A program made the translations under genes and the position numbers. The notes beneath the pieces were generated by a model. The model ran no database searches, was not told where the DNA came from, and saw only the letters and a list, made by a program, of their open reading frames with translations. Shown one piece after another: positions 14,571 to 25,896 of a stretch of DNA of 64,000 nucleotides. The DNA is from Octopus vulgaris (Eukaryota). The stretch's first letter is position 1. Each line of letters starts with the position of its first letter. The stretch lies in assembly GCA_951406725.2 (NCBI GenBank), contig OX597817.1, positions 1,240,001 to 1,304,000 on the forward strand, written 5' to 3'.

Positions 14571-15974
14571 GGAATTTGCGGTAGACACACGCAAATTGGT
14601 CTGTCTGATATACTTTTGGATTGTGCTGTTCAAGCAGTACCTCTCGGGACAGTTAAAGACGGAACTCTCAGATACTGATAACCCAGCACAGTACTGAAAC
14701 TAGTTCATCTTATCCCTTTCTTTTGTATCCATGCATAAAGGATTTCTGTCTGTAAACACATGCAATTTTGATTAAAATTTATAGATACGTTCTCAAGTGT
14801 AGAGTATAATGGTGAAACAAGACATGTTTCAATGCACCAGAAAATCATCAATCAAGCCAGGTGCCAAAATGATTCATATATGAAATTAGAATACTGAGGA
14901 TCTCCAAAGCCTTTAGCAATAGAAAGTACACAGGTACTTCAATGGACACTTCAAGAAGGTTCTCAACCAATGTTGATATCAAATACAGAATTGAAACTAG
15001 TCTGGCTGATTCCTCTTTTCGGACTCTAAACATACAAGATGTAAACATCTGTTTATATACACACCGTTGGTTAAAATCTAAAATCTAGTCTAGGAGCCTT
15101 GAACTAGCAAAGAAGAAAACTCAAGATATTGCCAACTGTTAGAAGCTGCTGAGAAATCAAGCGATTACATCTGACTCAAGAGAGAAGGTGAGCGGTACAT
15201 CAAGGTCAAGCAGTGAATATGATAGAAAGATCTGGTCTGGAGTCACAACATCTGACTCAACAAAACTCGTGCTTCTGTGCAGGAGTTTTGTCACCTACAT
15301 CGGTGCCTGGCTCTGTGTGGGTCTGCTATCACGCTAGAAGCGACGAAAAACCTCCAGAGCTGCTTCACCGCTGATTGAGAGACATCAACTCCTGCATTCG
15401 GAGACAAAGTGCAGCAGCACACACAGCATATAAGTGTTTACCCAAAATGTACTCCGAAGTACAGTAAACTATAGGAGAAAAACCCCAGAAAATATTAACG
15501 CTTCAATGTCTCCTGTCGTCCGAATTAGAAATAACTAGATTTTCTTTCCTCAAAAGATGGTACAATCAAAGGTAGTGGCATGAGATGAAGATGTCTTGCA
15601 GCATATTAAATCCGTCCAATCATGCTCTGAGATCGAATCTTACCTAGGCTCACCTTGTCATTTATAGGATAAGACATCACTGAAATTGTGGCAGTCGATA
15701 TTATTTACGGTTCCTTTCCCCTAAAATATGTGGCCTTGTGCCTAAATCAGAAATCAATATCTCTCAAGGATGATTGCTTCGTGTTTGTTTCTTGACCTAA
15801 ATTCCGTCATCACTTTCTGTCTATAGACACTTCACCTGCTTTCTATGTTTTCCTCTTGATTAAAATAATTCGCCAAATGGAATTATGTATTATATACGGA
15901 AAACAAACTGAGCGAATTAGAGGCGAGGCAGATAACTGCGGTGGAAATGGAACGAGGACATTTGAATGGCGATG

Positions 15975-16076
15975 ATTATGTATGTGTGTATGTATGTATG
16001 TATGTATGTATGTATGTATGTATGTATGTATGTATGTATGTATGTATGTATGTATGTATGTATGTATGTATGTATG

Positions 16077-16107
<31 letters not shown>

Positions 16108-16533
16108 ATATGTATGTATGTATGTATGTATGGATGGATGTATATATGTATGTATGTATGCATGTATGTATGTATGTATGTATGTATGCATGTATGTATG
16201 TATGTATGTATGCATGTATGTATGTATGTATGTATGTATTATGTATGTATGTATGTATGTATGTATGTATTATGTATGTATGTATGTATGTATGTATACA
16301 TGCATGCATGCAGGCATGTATGTATGTATGTATGCATGCATGCATGCATACATACATGCATGCATGCATGTATGTATGTACACACATACACTCACACACA
16401 CACTCAACATATATACACACATATATATACATGTATATATATATATATGAGGATATATGTATATATATATATATAGGTGTGCATGCGTACGAATATATAT
16501 ACGTATATATATATACATATATATGTACGTATG

Positions 16534-16609
<76 letters not shown>

Positions 16610-16948
16610 CGTACATATATATGCGTGTGTGTGTGTGTGTGTGTGCATGCATGCATGTATGTATGTATGTTTGTATGTATGAATAAATAAATGATAGAAA
16701 ATGGAATGAACGACATTCTTTACTTAAAAATCATTACTATTGTTATTTAACACACACACACACACATATACACATACACACACGCAGACACATGCAGACA
16801 CGCAGACACATGCAGACACCGAGTCATACTCATATATAGGCAAGGTTATTGATATATATATATGTATAAATACATAGTGGCATTCAAATATATGAAGTTG
16901 CAGGAGTTATTTATATGTATACATACATCCACACACGCATACCCCCCA

Positions 16949-17009
<61 letters not shown>

Positions 17010-17103
17010 TACACAGACACACGGACATGTATGCAAGTTTGTGTATCTAGTATATTATATATATAAATATGAATGTGTGGGTATGCACAATACACATACA
17101 TAT

Positions 17104-17172
<69 letters not shown>

Positions 17173-17179
17173 CATACAT

Positions 17180-17236
<57 letters not shown>

Positions 17237-17410
17237 CATGCATACATGCACACACACATACATACATGCACACATACACACACACACATATAGTTATAAA
17301 TACATACATATGTGTGAACGAACGTATATGGCAAACACACACACACACACACACACATTCATAATACAGATTATACAATAAATAAATAAATAAAATAAAT
17401 GAATAAATAT
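15975..17410. repeat. Compound (ATGT)n / (TA)n / (CA)n microsatellite
   Basis: Read directly. Confidence 0.95.
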
Positions 17411-17427
17411 ACAAACAATAGCAACCT

Positions 17428-17519
17428 ACTACAAGATGGCATGCTTTGTTTATTGTAATTTGTCCGACGACAACTACAAGATGGCATGCTTTGTTTATTG
17501 TAATTTGTCCGACGACAAC
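17428..17519. repeat. Perfect 45-bp tandem duplication
   Basis: CTACAAGATGGCATGCTTTGTTTATTGTAATTTGTCCGACGACAA occurs twice. Confidence 0.9.
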
Positions 17520-18169
17520 AATGATGGAAATAGTGATGACGATGCTGATGACGATGGTGACGGCGGCGGCGGTGGTGGTGGCGGTGGTGGTGGTGGTGGT
17601 GGTGGTATAGAAAACAAGAATCTATTAAAATGCAAAAAATCGATCAAGTTGCCAACTTGCAGAAGATAATTCAAATAAGATTGTCTCTGCTTAATTCTGT
17701 TCTCTTCCTCCCCCCGCCCCCCGCCACCCACTTTTTTTTTCCCTTTCCTTCCTTCATTTATTTTATGCTTTTTTTCCCCTCTTAGAATTTTCATTCAATT
17801 TTCCCTTCTCACTCACACCCTCCTCCCTCTCGCTCTCTTTTTCTTTCGCTTTCTTTTTTTCTATTTTCTATGCATTTAAAAATGCATCGACACCACCATC
17901 ACCACCACCACGCCCACCACCGCCACTACCACCGACACCACCACTACCACCATCACCATCGCCATCGTTATCATCGTTTTTCCTCATCGTCATTGTCGCT
18001 CAAATCAACCCCCCTCCTCTCTCCCACTTTCTCTAATATTTCCTTTCTCTTTTCATCTCCACCTCCAATTCATTCATTCTCTTATCTATCTTCCCATTAC
18101 TTACACTCCTCCCACTATTCCCCCTCTCTTTCTCTGTCTCTCTGTCTCTCTGTCTCTCTGTCTATGTGT

Positions 18170-18580
18170 TATACTCTCTTTTACTCTTTTACTCTTTTCT
18201 TTCAGTCATTTGACTGCGGCCATGCTGGAGCACCGCCTTTAGTCGAGCAAATCGACCCCAGGACTTATTTTTTGTTAGCCAAGTACTTATTCCATCGGTC
18301 TCTTTTGCCGAACCGCTAAGTGACGGGGTCATAAACACCAGCATCGGTTGTCAAGCAATGCTAGGGGGACAAACACAGACATACAAACATACACACACAC
18401 ACATATACATATATACAACGGGCTTCTTTCAGTTTCCGTCTACCAAATTTACTCACAAGGCTTTAGTTGGCCCAAGGCTATAGTAGAAGACACTTGCCCA
18501 AGGTGCCACGGGGTGGGACTGAACCCGGAACCATGTGGTTGGTAAGCAAGCTACTTACCACACAGCCACTCCTGCGCCTT
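18170..18580 (-). mobile_element. tRNA-derived SINE family C, near full length
   Basis: Minus strand AGGCGCAGGAGTGGCTGTGTGGTAAG..GGTTCAGTCCCAC..CACCTTGGGCAAGTGTCTT, internal microsatellite, GTAAAAGA-repeat tail. Copies at 29.1, 36.2 and 58.0 kb. Confidence 0.85.
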
Positions 18581-19558
18581 TTCCTTAAACTCGGACGTCC
18601 TATTTATTTGTGACGCTTCAAGTTAATTCAAATACTATGACTTTCTTTCCATCAGTACCATCTTATGGCATGAACATACTAAGTAGTTGTCCAGGATCCT
18701 CAAGAGGCTAGGAGTCCAGTTGTGATGTTTGCACGTTGTGGCTTACAATCAGTAAATAAATATACAGGACCTTGTGCATTGTTTTGCTTTAAGGCCACTC
18801 TTGCGTCTAAGACGGCCCCGCTGCACAAACCTGTAAGAACAATATGGTCAAATACAGATGGTTTCGAAGCAGCTGCTTAAACATTGAAATTTCACTCAAT
18901 TCCGCCTCCATGACGCCTATACGTTGCCGCATTGATACATCACCTACATAGTTTCATGTGATAAAAGTGATACTTTGATGATTTAGAGTTTATTGCAGTT
19001 ACATCCGCAAGAAAGTGAAGAATGCTTTGGAGTGAGAGGTGTCAAGTATCATCTCAAACAGAGCCGGAGACAAAAACACAACGAGCGTTTTAAATTAGTT
19101 TTCTTAACCAGCGACGAAACCTTCACTAAATAACAGATTTCTCTGAACGTGCTATCACTGCACAACGGTGATACAACAGATAACCATAGAATGAACATAA
19201 TAAGGCTGGAAAATAAATGTATACATCTGCTGAATACTATAAAAACAAAGTGAAACAAACTTTTGATGGCCTACGTTGCAGTTCAGTTTTGCGGTGTTCA
19301 GCCGATGAGAAATAAAATTTCCCGCCACTTTATTATGAGTAAAACACCCAGAGGATCTGGTAATTCTATCTGAGCAGAGTTGTGTAGAAATGCGTGGACA
19401 GCTGATAAAAGAATAAGAGATAAGTCTTCTCTGGAAAGGAAGAAAGGTCTATAACCAATAAAAAAACATTATAGATAGCAAATACCAACACATTGCAACT
19501 TCTGGCCTAAAGACGCAATGTCTCATCATTCTCTTTATATCTGTCTTCCATTTTCTTT

Positions 19559-19603
<45 letters not shown>

Positions 19604-20305
19604 TCTATCTATCTCATATTGAAATTACATTGGTATTTTCTCATTAGAACTATGTAATCTTATGCCATTTTCATCCCATTCTCCACGTCCCTCTCTTTCC
19701 CTTGTCACTCCTCTTACTGTCATTTCACTATTCTACGCCACACCATGCACACAATGCTTAAACACAATCCTCAACACCCGAAAATTCTTTTTCCCAAAAG
19801 CTTTTTTTATATATGTTATAGACATTGATTTGCAGATGTTCCAGCTGAACATAAAACGTATTGACAATACTTTACTTGCTCCGCAAAAGACATGAGAATA
19901 GTCACCATCCTAGACTAGAACATAAATAAAAGTTAACCTGGTTATTAAATCCGAGACTCAATCGGACTGAGTTAAGTAGAAAAAAAAAAGAAAGCTGAAC
20001 ATCATAAAATGGTGCCAATAGAATTGAAACCGGTATCGATTCGCTTAGATATACTGATTTGTTATGCACTTGACTATTTGAATTATTGTGAAAAGAAAAT
20101 TTACTTAGTGTTGAAAGTAAGACAAAACAAATAAAACACAATAAAAGAGAAGAACTTTCTCATGTGTCTTACTAATGTGATGAGCCTTTATGGTTATCGT
20201 AGAAGTGACAGATTTTTTTCTTTCCAATTTGATGACTGAATCTTACTTTATTTGGTGGCATCAACAGAAAAAGTACTCCATCCATTGAAAGATAAATTTA
20301 ATTTT

Positions 20306-20551
20306 ATATATACAGAATTTAAATTCCAATTACTCTTAGTTTCAAAGTGTGGAAACACGATGATCTGACAAGCTTATAAGTCGTACCGTGTGTTTCCAAG
20401 CAAGCAATTTTTCAGACACAAATATACAACATGGCTAGTTCTTCTGTATTTGAGTCTGAAAGGATGTTTACAAGCATACGGCACCCTAGACAAGCTTGTC
20501 AGGTCATTGTGCTTTCACAGCATGAAACTAATAGTAACTAGAATTTAAATC

Positions 20552-20560
<9 letters not shown>
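20306..20560. repeat. ~250-bp imperfect inverted repeat (foldback) flanked by TA repeats
   Basis: TATATACAGAATTTAAATTCCAATTACTCTTAGTTTCA..CTGACAAGCTT..TTCAGACACAAATA pairs with TATTTGAGTCTGAA..AAGCTTGTCAG..TGAAACTAATAGTAACTAGAATTTAAATCCTGTATATA. Confidence 0.85.
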
Positions 20561-20636
<76 letters not shown>

Positions 20637-22068
20637 CACAGTCAATGAGAAAACCCTTCTAGTATCATTCGACGTAGTTAATCTTTATTCTAACATCCCT
20701 CACAACCTAGGAATAGAAGCGATCACCTTCTGGCTGAATAACTACCCCTTTGAACTCCCAACTCGCATAAACAAAGACCTTATAATAGAAGGACTTAGAT
20801 TCATTTTAGAGAACAATTATTTTATTTTTGACAATGATTTCTACAGGCAAAGATCGGGAACAGCGATGGGCACGCGTACTGCACCATCTTTTGCCAACCT
20901 AGTGATGGGATACCTCGAGAAAATACTATACCGGATGACACTCGAGAAATATGGAAACACCTTCGCCACCTATATCCATAACAACTGGAAAAGATACCTC
21001 GATGACTGTTTCATCATCTGGGACAAAGGTATAGAGAAACTTGAGGAATTTAAAATACTATTAAATGGAATAAATGACAATATACAATTCACGATGGACC
21101 ACAACGAAAAAGAATTACCATTTTTAGACATCCTCATTAAGAAAACCGGCAACAAAATAGAGACAGATATCTACTATAAACTGACAGACTCTAAACAGTA
21201 CCTACCCTTTGATTCATGCCACCCACGACACACTAGAATGAATGTCCCTTTTTGTTTAGCTAGAAGGATTTGCACCATAATATCAGACACAAACACCCGA
21301 CACACACGTCTCCAGGAACTTAGAACCACACTCACAAATAGAAACTATCCACAGCCCCTAATAGACAGTGCAATCCAACGGGTACTTAAATTAAGTATAG
21401 AAGACCTGAGACAAACAAAACCAAAAAAGAAAGAACAATTAAAAACCCTTCCCTACATCTCTACACACAACCCACTCAACAATGAGGCCTTCAACACCAT
21501 ACTACAAAGCACAGCCCTACTAAAGGGAGACCCAAAGATGAACCGGATCCTCGAAACACACACCATCATTAAAAGTAAACGGCAACCAAAATCCTTGAAA
21601 AGGGTTTTAACCCAAGCTACACTGCACTCAACATCAACCACAAAACCAGCAGTTAGAAAATGTGGAAGGCCCAACTGCGGAATCTGTGTCATCTTGAAAG
21701 AAGGATCAGAATTTATACTGGAACAAGGCCACCAGTTCACCATTAGAACAAACTTCACCTGCGCATCAGAAAACTTAATTTACGTCATAACATGCGCAGG
21801 CTGCAATAGGCAGTATATAGGCCATACAAAAAATAGCTTACGTAACAGGATGGCGGTGCATAAATCACAAATTAGAAACCCTGATTACCGCAAAATACCG
21901 GTCAGCGGACACATAGATAGATGTGCTGGAAATGTAAATCCGAAATTTACAACTAACCCGCTCTATAAATTCAGTGACAACGCAACCTTCACACAACGCC
22001 AAAATAAAGAACTATATTTCATAAAAAAATTTAGACCAAGTTTAAACACCCTGGGCCAAGAATACTAA
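20637..22068 (+). CDS. Penelope-like element polyprotein (RT + GIY-YIG endonuclease), 5'-truncated, frame otherwise intact; Neptune/Naiad-type Cys linker
   Basis: LVSFDVVNLYSNIP, YRQRSGTAMGT..APSFANLVMG, WKRYLDDCF, FLD, Cys linker CGRPNCGIC, GIY-YIG NLIYVITCAGC..YIGHT..RMAVH..SGH..KE..FIKKFRPSLN. The ORF's nominal start lies in the upstream microsatellite. Confidence 0.93.
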
Positions 22069-22236
22069 AACAAAAGATAAGTCCTCCGAAAAGGAGAAGC
22101 AAAATTCCACCACGGCCGCTACTTTAAACAGACACTCGCTCTGACGGAAATATGCCTTAGTAAAAAAGGAAAAAATTCTTTCGTGCAAATCTGACCCTGA
22201 TACATACGATACAGCTAAGGGTCAGACCCGATTCTG

Positions 22237-22607
22237 ATTGGTCAACAAGTTAATGACGTCTAGCTCTGCTAGAATGGACAGGATACAAACAGGGGACAGT
22301 CATTAGTCAGAATATTGATGACGTCCTTTTCTGCTTGACTAGTCACCTAACAAGTACAGACAGGGGGCAGATCTAATGTAGCTATAAGTCGTGATTGGGC
22401 AGAATCTGGATGACGTCCCGTTCTGCTTGACTAACGAAGCGACTGGTCAAAACAGGAAACAAACAAGAGGCAGTTATAATGCAGCGATTGGTCAAAATAA
22501 TGATGACGTCCCGTTCTGCTTGACTAAAGCCACCTAACGAAACGATTGGTCAAAACGTTGATGACGTCACGCTACGCTGGATTGACCACCTAACAGGCAT
22601 TATAAAT
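22237..22607 (+). promoter_or_regulatory. Putative Pol II promoter in the Penelope 3' repeat: 5x ATTGG-N12-TGACGTC followed by TATAAAT
   Basis: Reverse CCAAT box (one copy is ATTAG) and CRE/ATF-like site separated by exactly 12 bp in five diverged tandem units; TATA-like box at 22601-22607. Confidence 0.6.
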
Positions 22608-22948
22608 CCGAGCACTTCACAAAACCCACTAGAACCACCCAGCGAACATCCACCATGGGTCATCACAATTGCTTAAGGTAAAATTGAATTCCTCGCTCTT
22701 TCGGAAACATCAATCTTCTGTATTGACCGCTTTCCACCACTTTGATCTGTTTTTTGTATTGAATACGTATCGCCACCGTGGGCCACTGCATCGAACACTT
22801 TGAACATATACTTCAAACTATATATCAACTATACATGAACTATATATCAACTATACATGAACTCTAAGATGTCTGACTCCGTTGTGTATTATAAATGAAT
22901 TTCTTGTGTTTGACGGCATGAGGTGTCTTTTTTTATATATAACTTTTT

Positions 22949-22984
22949 TTGATAAGGTTCATTTCAGGAACTGAAACATGTTAT
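22949..22984 (+). ncRNA. Degenerate hammerhead-like motif at the 3' end of the Penelope element
   Basis: TTGATAA-GGTTC(atttcag)GAACT-GAAA-CATGTTA. The core deviates from CUGAUGA at two positions and stem I is poor. Confidence 0.4.
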
Positions 22985-23044
22985 AATGTATATATAAAAA
23001 TTAAAAATTGTATAATACAGCAGCATTTTCGAACTTCATTTTTT

Positions 23045-23109
<65 letters not shown>

Positions 23110-23154
23110 GTATATATACATATACATACATACATACATACATACAACATACAT

Positions 23155-23187
<33 letters not shown>

Positions 23188-23320
23188 CATATACATACAT
23201 ACATACACACACACATATATATATATATATACATACATATACACACACACATATATATGTATATATGTATATATATATAAACTTACTTGGAGGATAAGAA
23301 ACGACGCGAGGCGCTCAGTC

Positions 23321-23731
23321 ATATAATAACAATTAAACAAATAAAACATATGCATACATACATACATACATATATGTACATACCTACATCTATATGTATA
23401 TATACATGCATATATATATATATATATGAGTACAGGACACCACAAATAGACGTAGCACTCAACGAGAAACGAAAACATAAAAACAAACAGGGAAACGGAC
23501 TTTTTTTAACAACGAAAAAACAGAGTACAAGACAAACAATACAAGGAATATTCCCCTTCTTCAGCTGCCCCCGTTTCCTTGTTTGTTCTTATGTTTTCGT
23601 TTCTCGTTGTGTTCTACGTTTATTTGTGGTGTCCTGTACTTATATATATATATATATATATATATGCATGTATATATACATATAGATGTAGGTATGTACA
23701 TATACGTATGTATGCATATTTGTTAAATTGT

Positions 23732-23740
<9 letters not shown>
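23321..23740. repeat. ~420-bp palindromic element (arms ~175 bp, spacer ~70 bp), probably inverted Penelope-type terminal repeats
   Basis: AGTACAGGACACCACAAATAGACGTAG..CGAGAAACGAAAACATAA..GGAAACGG pairs with CCGTTTCC..TTATGTTTTCGTTTCTCG..CTACGTTTATTTGTGGTGTCCTGTACT; flanked by TA repeats. Confidence 0.85.
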
Positions 23741-23773
<33 letters not shown>

Positions 23774-23865
23774 AGAATTTACAAAAAAAACCAAAAGACG
23801 AAGACGGGTGGTGTAGACAATAAACAGATGTATTAGTTTAATTCTTGGGAAGTGAAATAGTGTAG

Positions 23866-23897
23866 CACGTTTCGAGCCTACGCTCTTCGACAGAAAG
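23866..23897 (-). ncRNA. Hammerhead-like motif (variant core) within a ~540-bp repeat at 23770-24310
   Basis: Minus strand CTGTCGA-A-GAGC(GTAG)GCTC-GAAA-CGT. The core has A6 changed to U and stem I is disrupted. Confidence 0.45.
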
Positions 23898-24311
23898 GAA
23901 CGCAGAAATAAACAGGGAGAGAAAACAGAATAATGTTTAGTGGCTCGCGATCTATCATGGCGAATGCCGGACAGAGAGGTCACACAGGAAAGCTTGGAAG
24001 AAGGGGAGATAAAAAAATAATGGTGATCCCAAAACGAAGGTGCGCGTGCGTGTGTATGTGAGAGCGTGTATGTGCGTGTGGAAGGGGGATGGTGATATTG
24101 ACGTGTGCCTGTGCGCATGTGTAGGTGTATGGATGATGGTGTGGGTGCTGGGAAGTGGTCAGTGCTAGTGTGCAGGAGGTGGTGTGATGTGGAGTGGTGT
24201 GGTATGGTAGTATGTGGTGTGGTGGTGTGGGGTGGGGTGGTGTGGTGGTGGTGTGTGGTGGTGTGTGCTGGTGTTGGGGTTTGGGGGAGGCGAGAGTGGG
24301 GAAAGCAAGGG

Positions 24312-25820
24312 TGAGGTCTAAGGGATAAACCTGTATTACGAATTAACCTTCCAACCCTTTCGGTCTATTAACATTTAATATTATCCTAATTTTATGATTC
24401 TTAATACTATTTTAGTTAACGGTATGTATGTGTATGTGGATATATATACATATATGTGTACGTGCTTAATTTTAGGTATATGTGTTTGTTTACATACATA
24501 TATATATATATATATATTTATGGATATATACGTGAGTAGTTATGTATGTAAGCATGTATGTGTGTATGTAAGCTTGTATTTCCATGTATATATGTGTAAG
24601 CGCACATATACGTGTGTACGTATGTAACTATTTCTTAACAAACCAACCGTAACGAAGACTATTAAAATTCAAATGTGCCAGCCAATCGTATTGAGCGTTC
24701 GATCTTAAACTATTTCTAAACTTAATACTTTATACATATCACCGTCAAAAAATATGGCTGGCATGCGTTTATATGCTTGTACACTTATGAACTTTGCTAT
24801 GATGTAAATTAATATCTTTCATTTTATATGTATTTGCCGATCTATAATGTTTTGCATTGTACTGTATTATTGTTATTGTTGTTGTTATTGCTTTCCCACA
24901 TAATATGTACTGTGAACCACGTGATGCATATTTTGTTTTGCTGGTATTATTATTATTAATAATAAAAATAATAATATTGGTAGCAATAGTGGCAATGGTA
25001 ATAATAATGATGGTAATGTTAATGACATTTTGTAACTTAATATAATGAACTCTTGACTTTGTATATCTGCATTTGAATATAGATATGTGTATGTTTGTAT
25101 ATTGTAATATTCTAATATATTGTTTTGACCAACTGTAACCTTGAATATAGAACATATGTATGTATATTGTTGTATATTATTATGTACATGTGTATATATA
25201 TATAAGAGTATGGGTATATGCACTCATATGTATGTGTATATTATATATTATGGGTATGTACCCACTCTTGTAAGGGTGTACCTCCTCTGATATTCATATT
25301 TAGTTTAGTTTGTACCTTATAATCTCTGAAGAGCCCTTGAGATATTTTTTGTAAGTGTCTCATTTATAACCACATATTAACTTATCACACCTGGCTAATA
25401 TGAGCATAATGAGATACCCATATCTGCATGGCTGAAACAGCTGTAAGATGTAGTTTATATTTATATTTATATTTATTTATATTCACTTATACATATTGTA
25501 CTTATTGTATCATATTGATGTACATTGTTTTGTTCTATACTATTATGTTTGACCTTGATGTTCATATGTAGTGGTTGAATAAATTATGTGATTGGGTACT
25601 ATCTGGTAGTTGATTAATGATTAAGGTGTATTTCTCCATTTTCTTATTTTGTATTATTAATTTGTGGTAAAACATTTTACCTTTGCCCATGTAATACAGT
25701 AAATGAATTAATCGCATCGCAATTCTTAACATTTATGTATTAACTTTGTCGGGTGCTTTACTGGCAGTATATTGGATATATGTTATCCCATGGTGGGTTG
25801 CACTCACAACCCCTATCTCA

Positions 25821-25825
<5 letters not shown>
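24312..25825 (+). mobile_element. Probable 3' region/terminal repeat of a further Penelope-like element, ending at (TA)n
   Basis: Long AT-rich non-coding unit with a hammerhead-like motif near its 3' end; no ORF, boundaries uncertain. Confidence 0.45.
25322..25449 (+). ncRNA. Hammerhead-like motif with ~95-nt insertion in stem II
   Basis: ATCT-CTGAAGA-GCC..(~95 nt)..GGCT-GAAA-CAGCTG-TA-AGAT: stem I ATCT/AGAT, palindromic CAGCTG stem III, GUA triplet. Confidence 0.55.

Positions 25826-25896
<71 letters not shown>

Larger units (their letters stand above)
20637..23048 (+). mobile_element. Penelope-like retroelement (ORF + ~1 kb 3' region/pLTR) inserted in (TA)n
   Basis: Unique sequence continues from the ORF to a (TA)n run at ~23049; TA/TG repeats also lie on the 5' side. 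Confidence 0.85.

Noticed and set aside
17436-17669. ORF with repeated MACFVYCNLSDDN peptide
   Set aside because: Product of the 45-bp tandem duplication plus (GAT)/(GGT) repeats; no coding support.
20637-22240. Selenoprotein-type Naiad (in-frame UGA + SECIS)
   Set aside because: No in-frame TGA in the retained ORF, which ends in TAA, and I could not identify a SECIS.
22237-22570. CRISPR-like repeat-spacer array
   Set aside because: Eukaryotic context, degenerate repeats, related spacers and no cas genes; better explained as a promoter-like tandem repeat.
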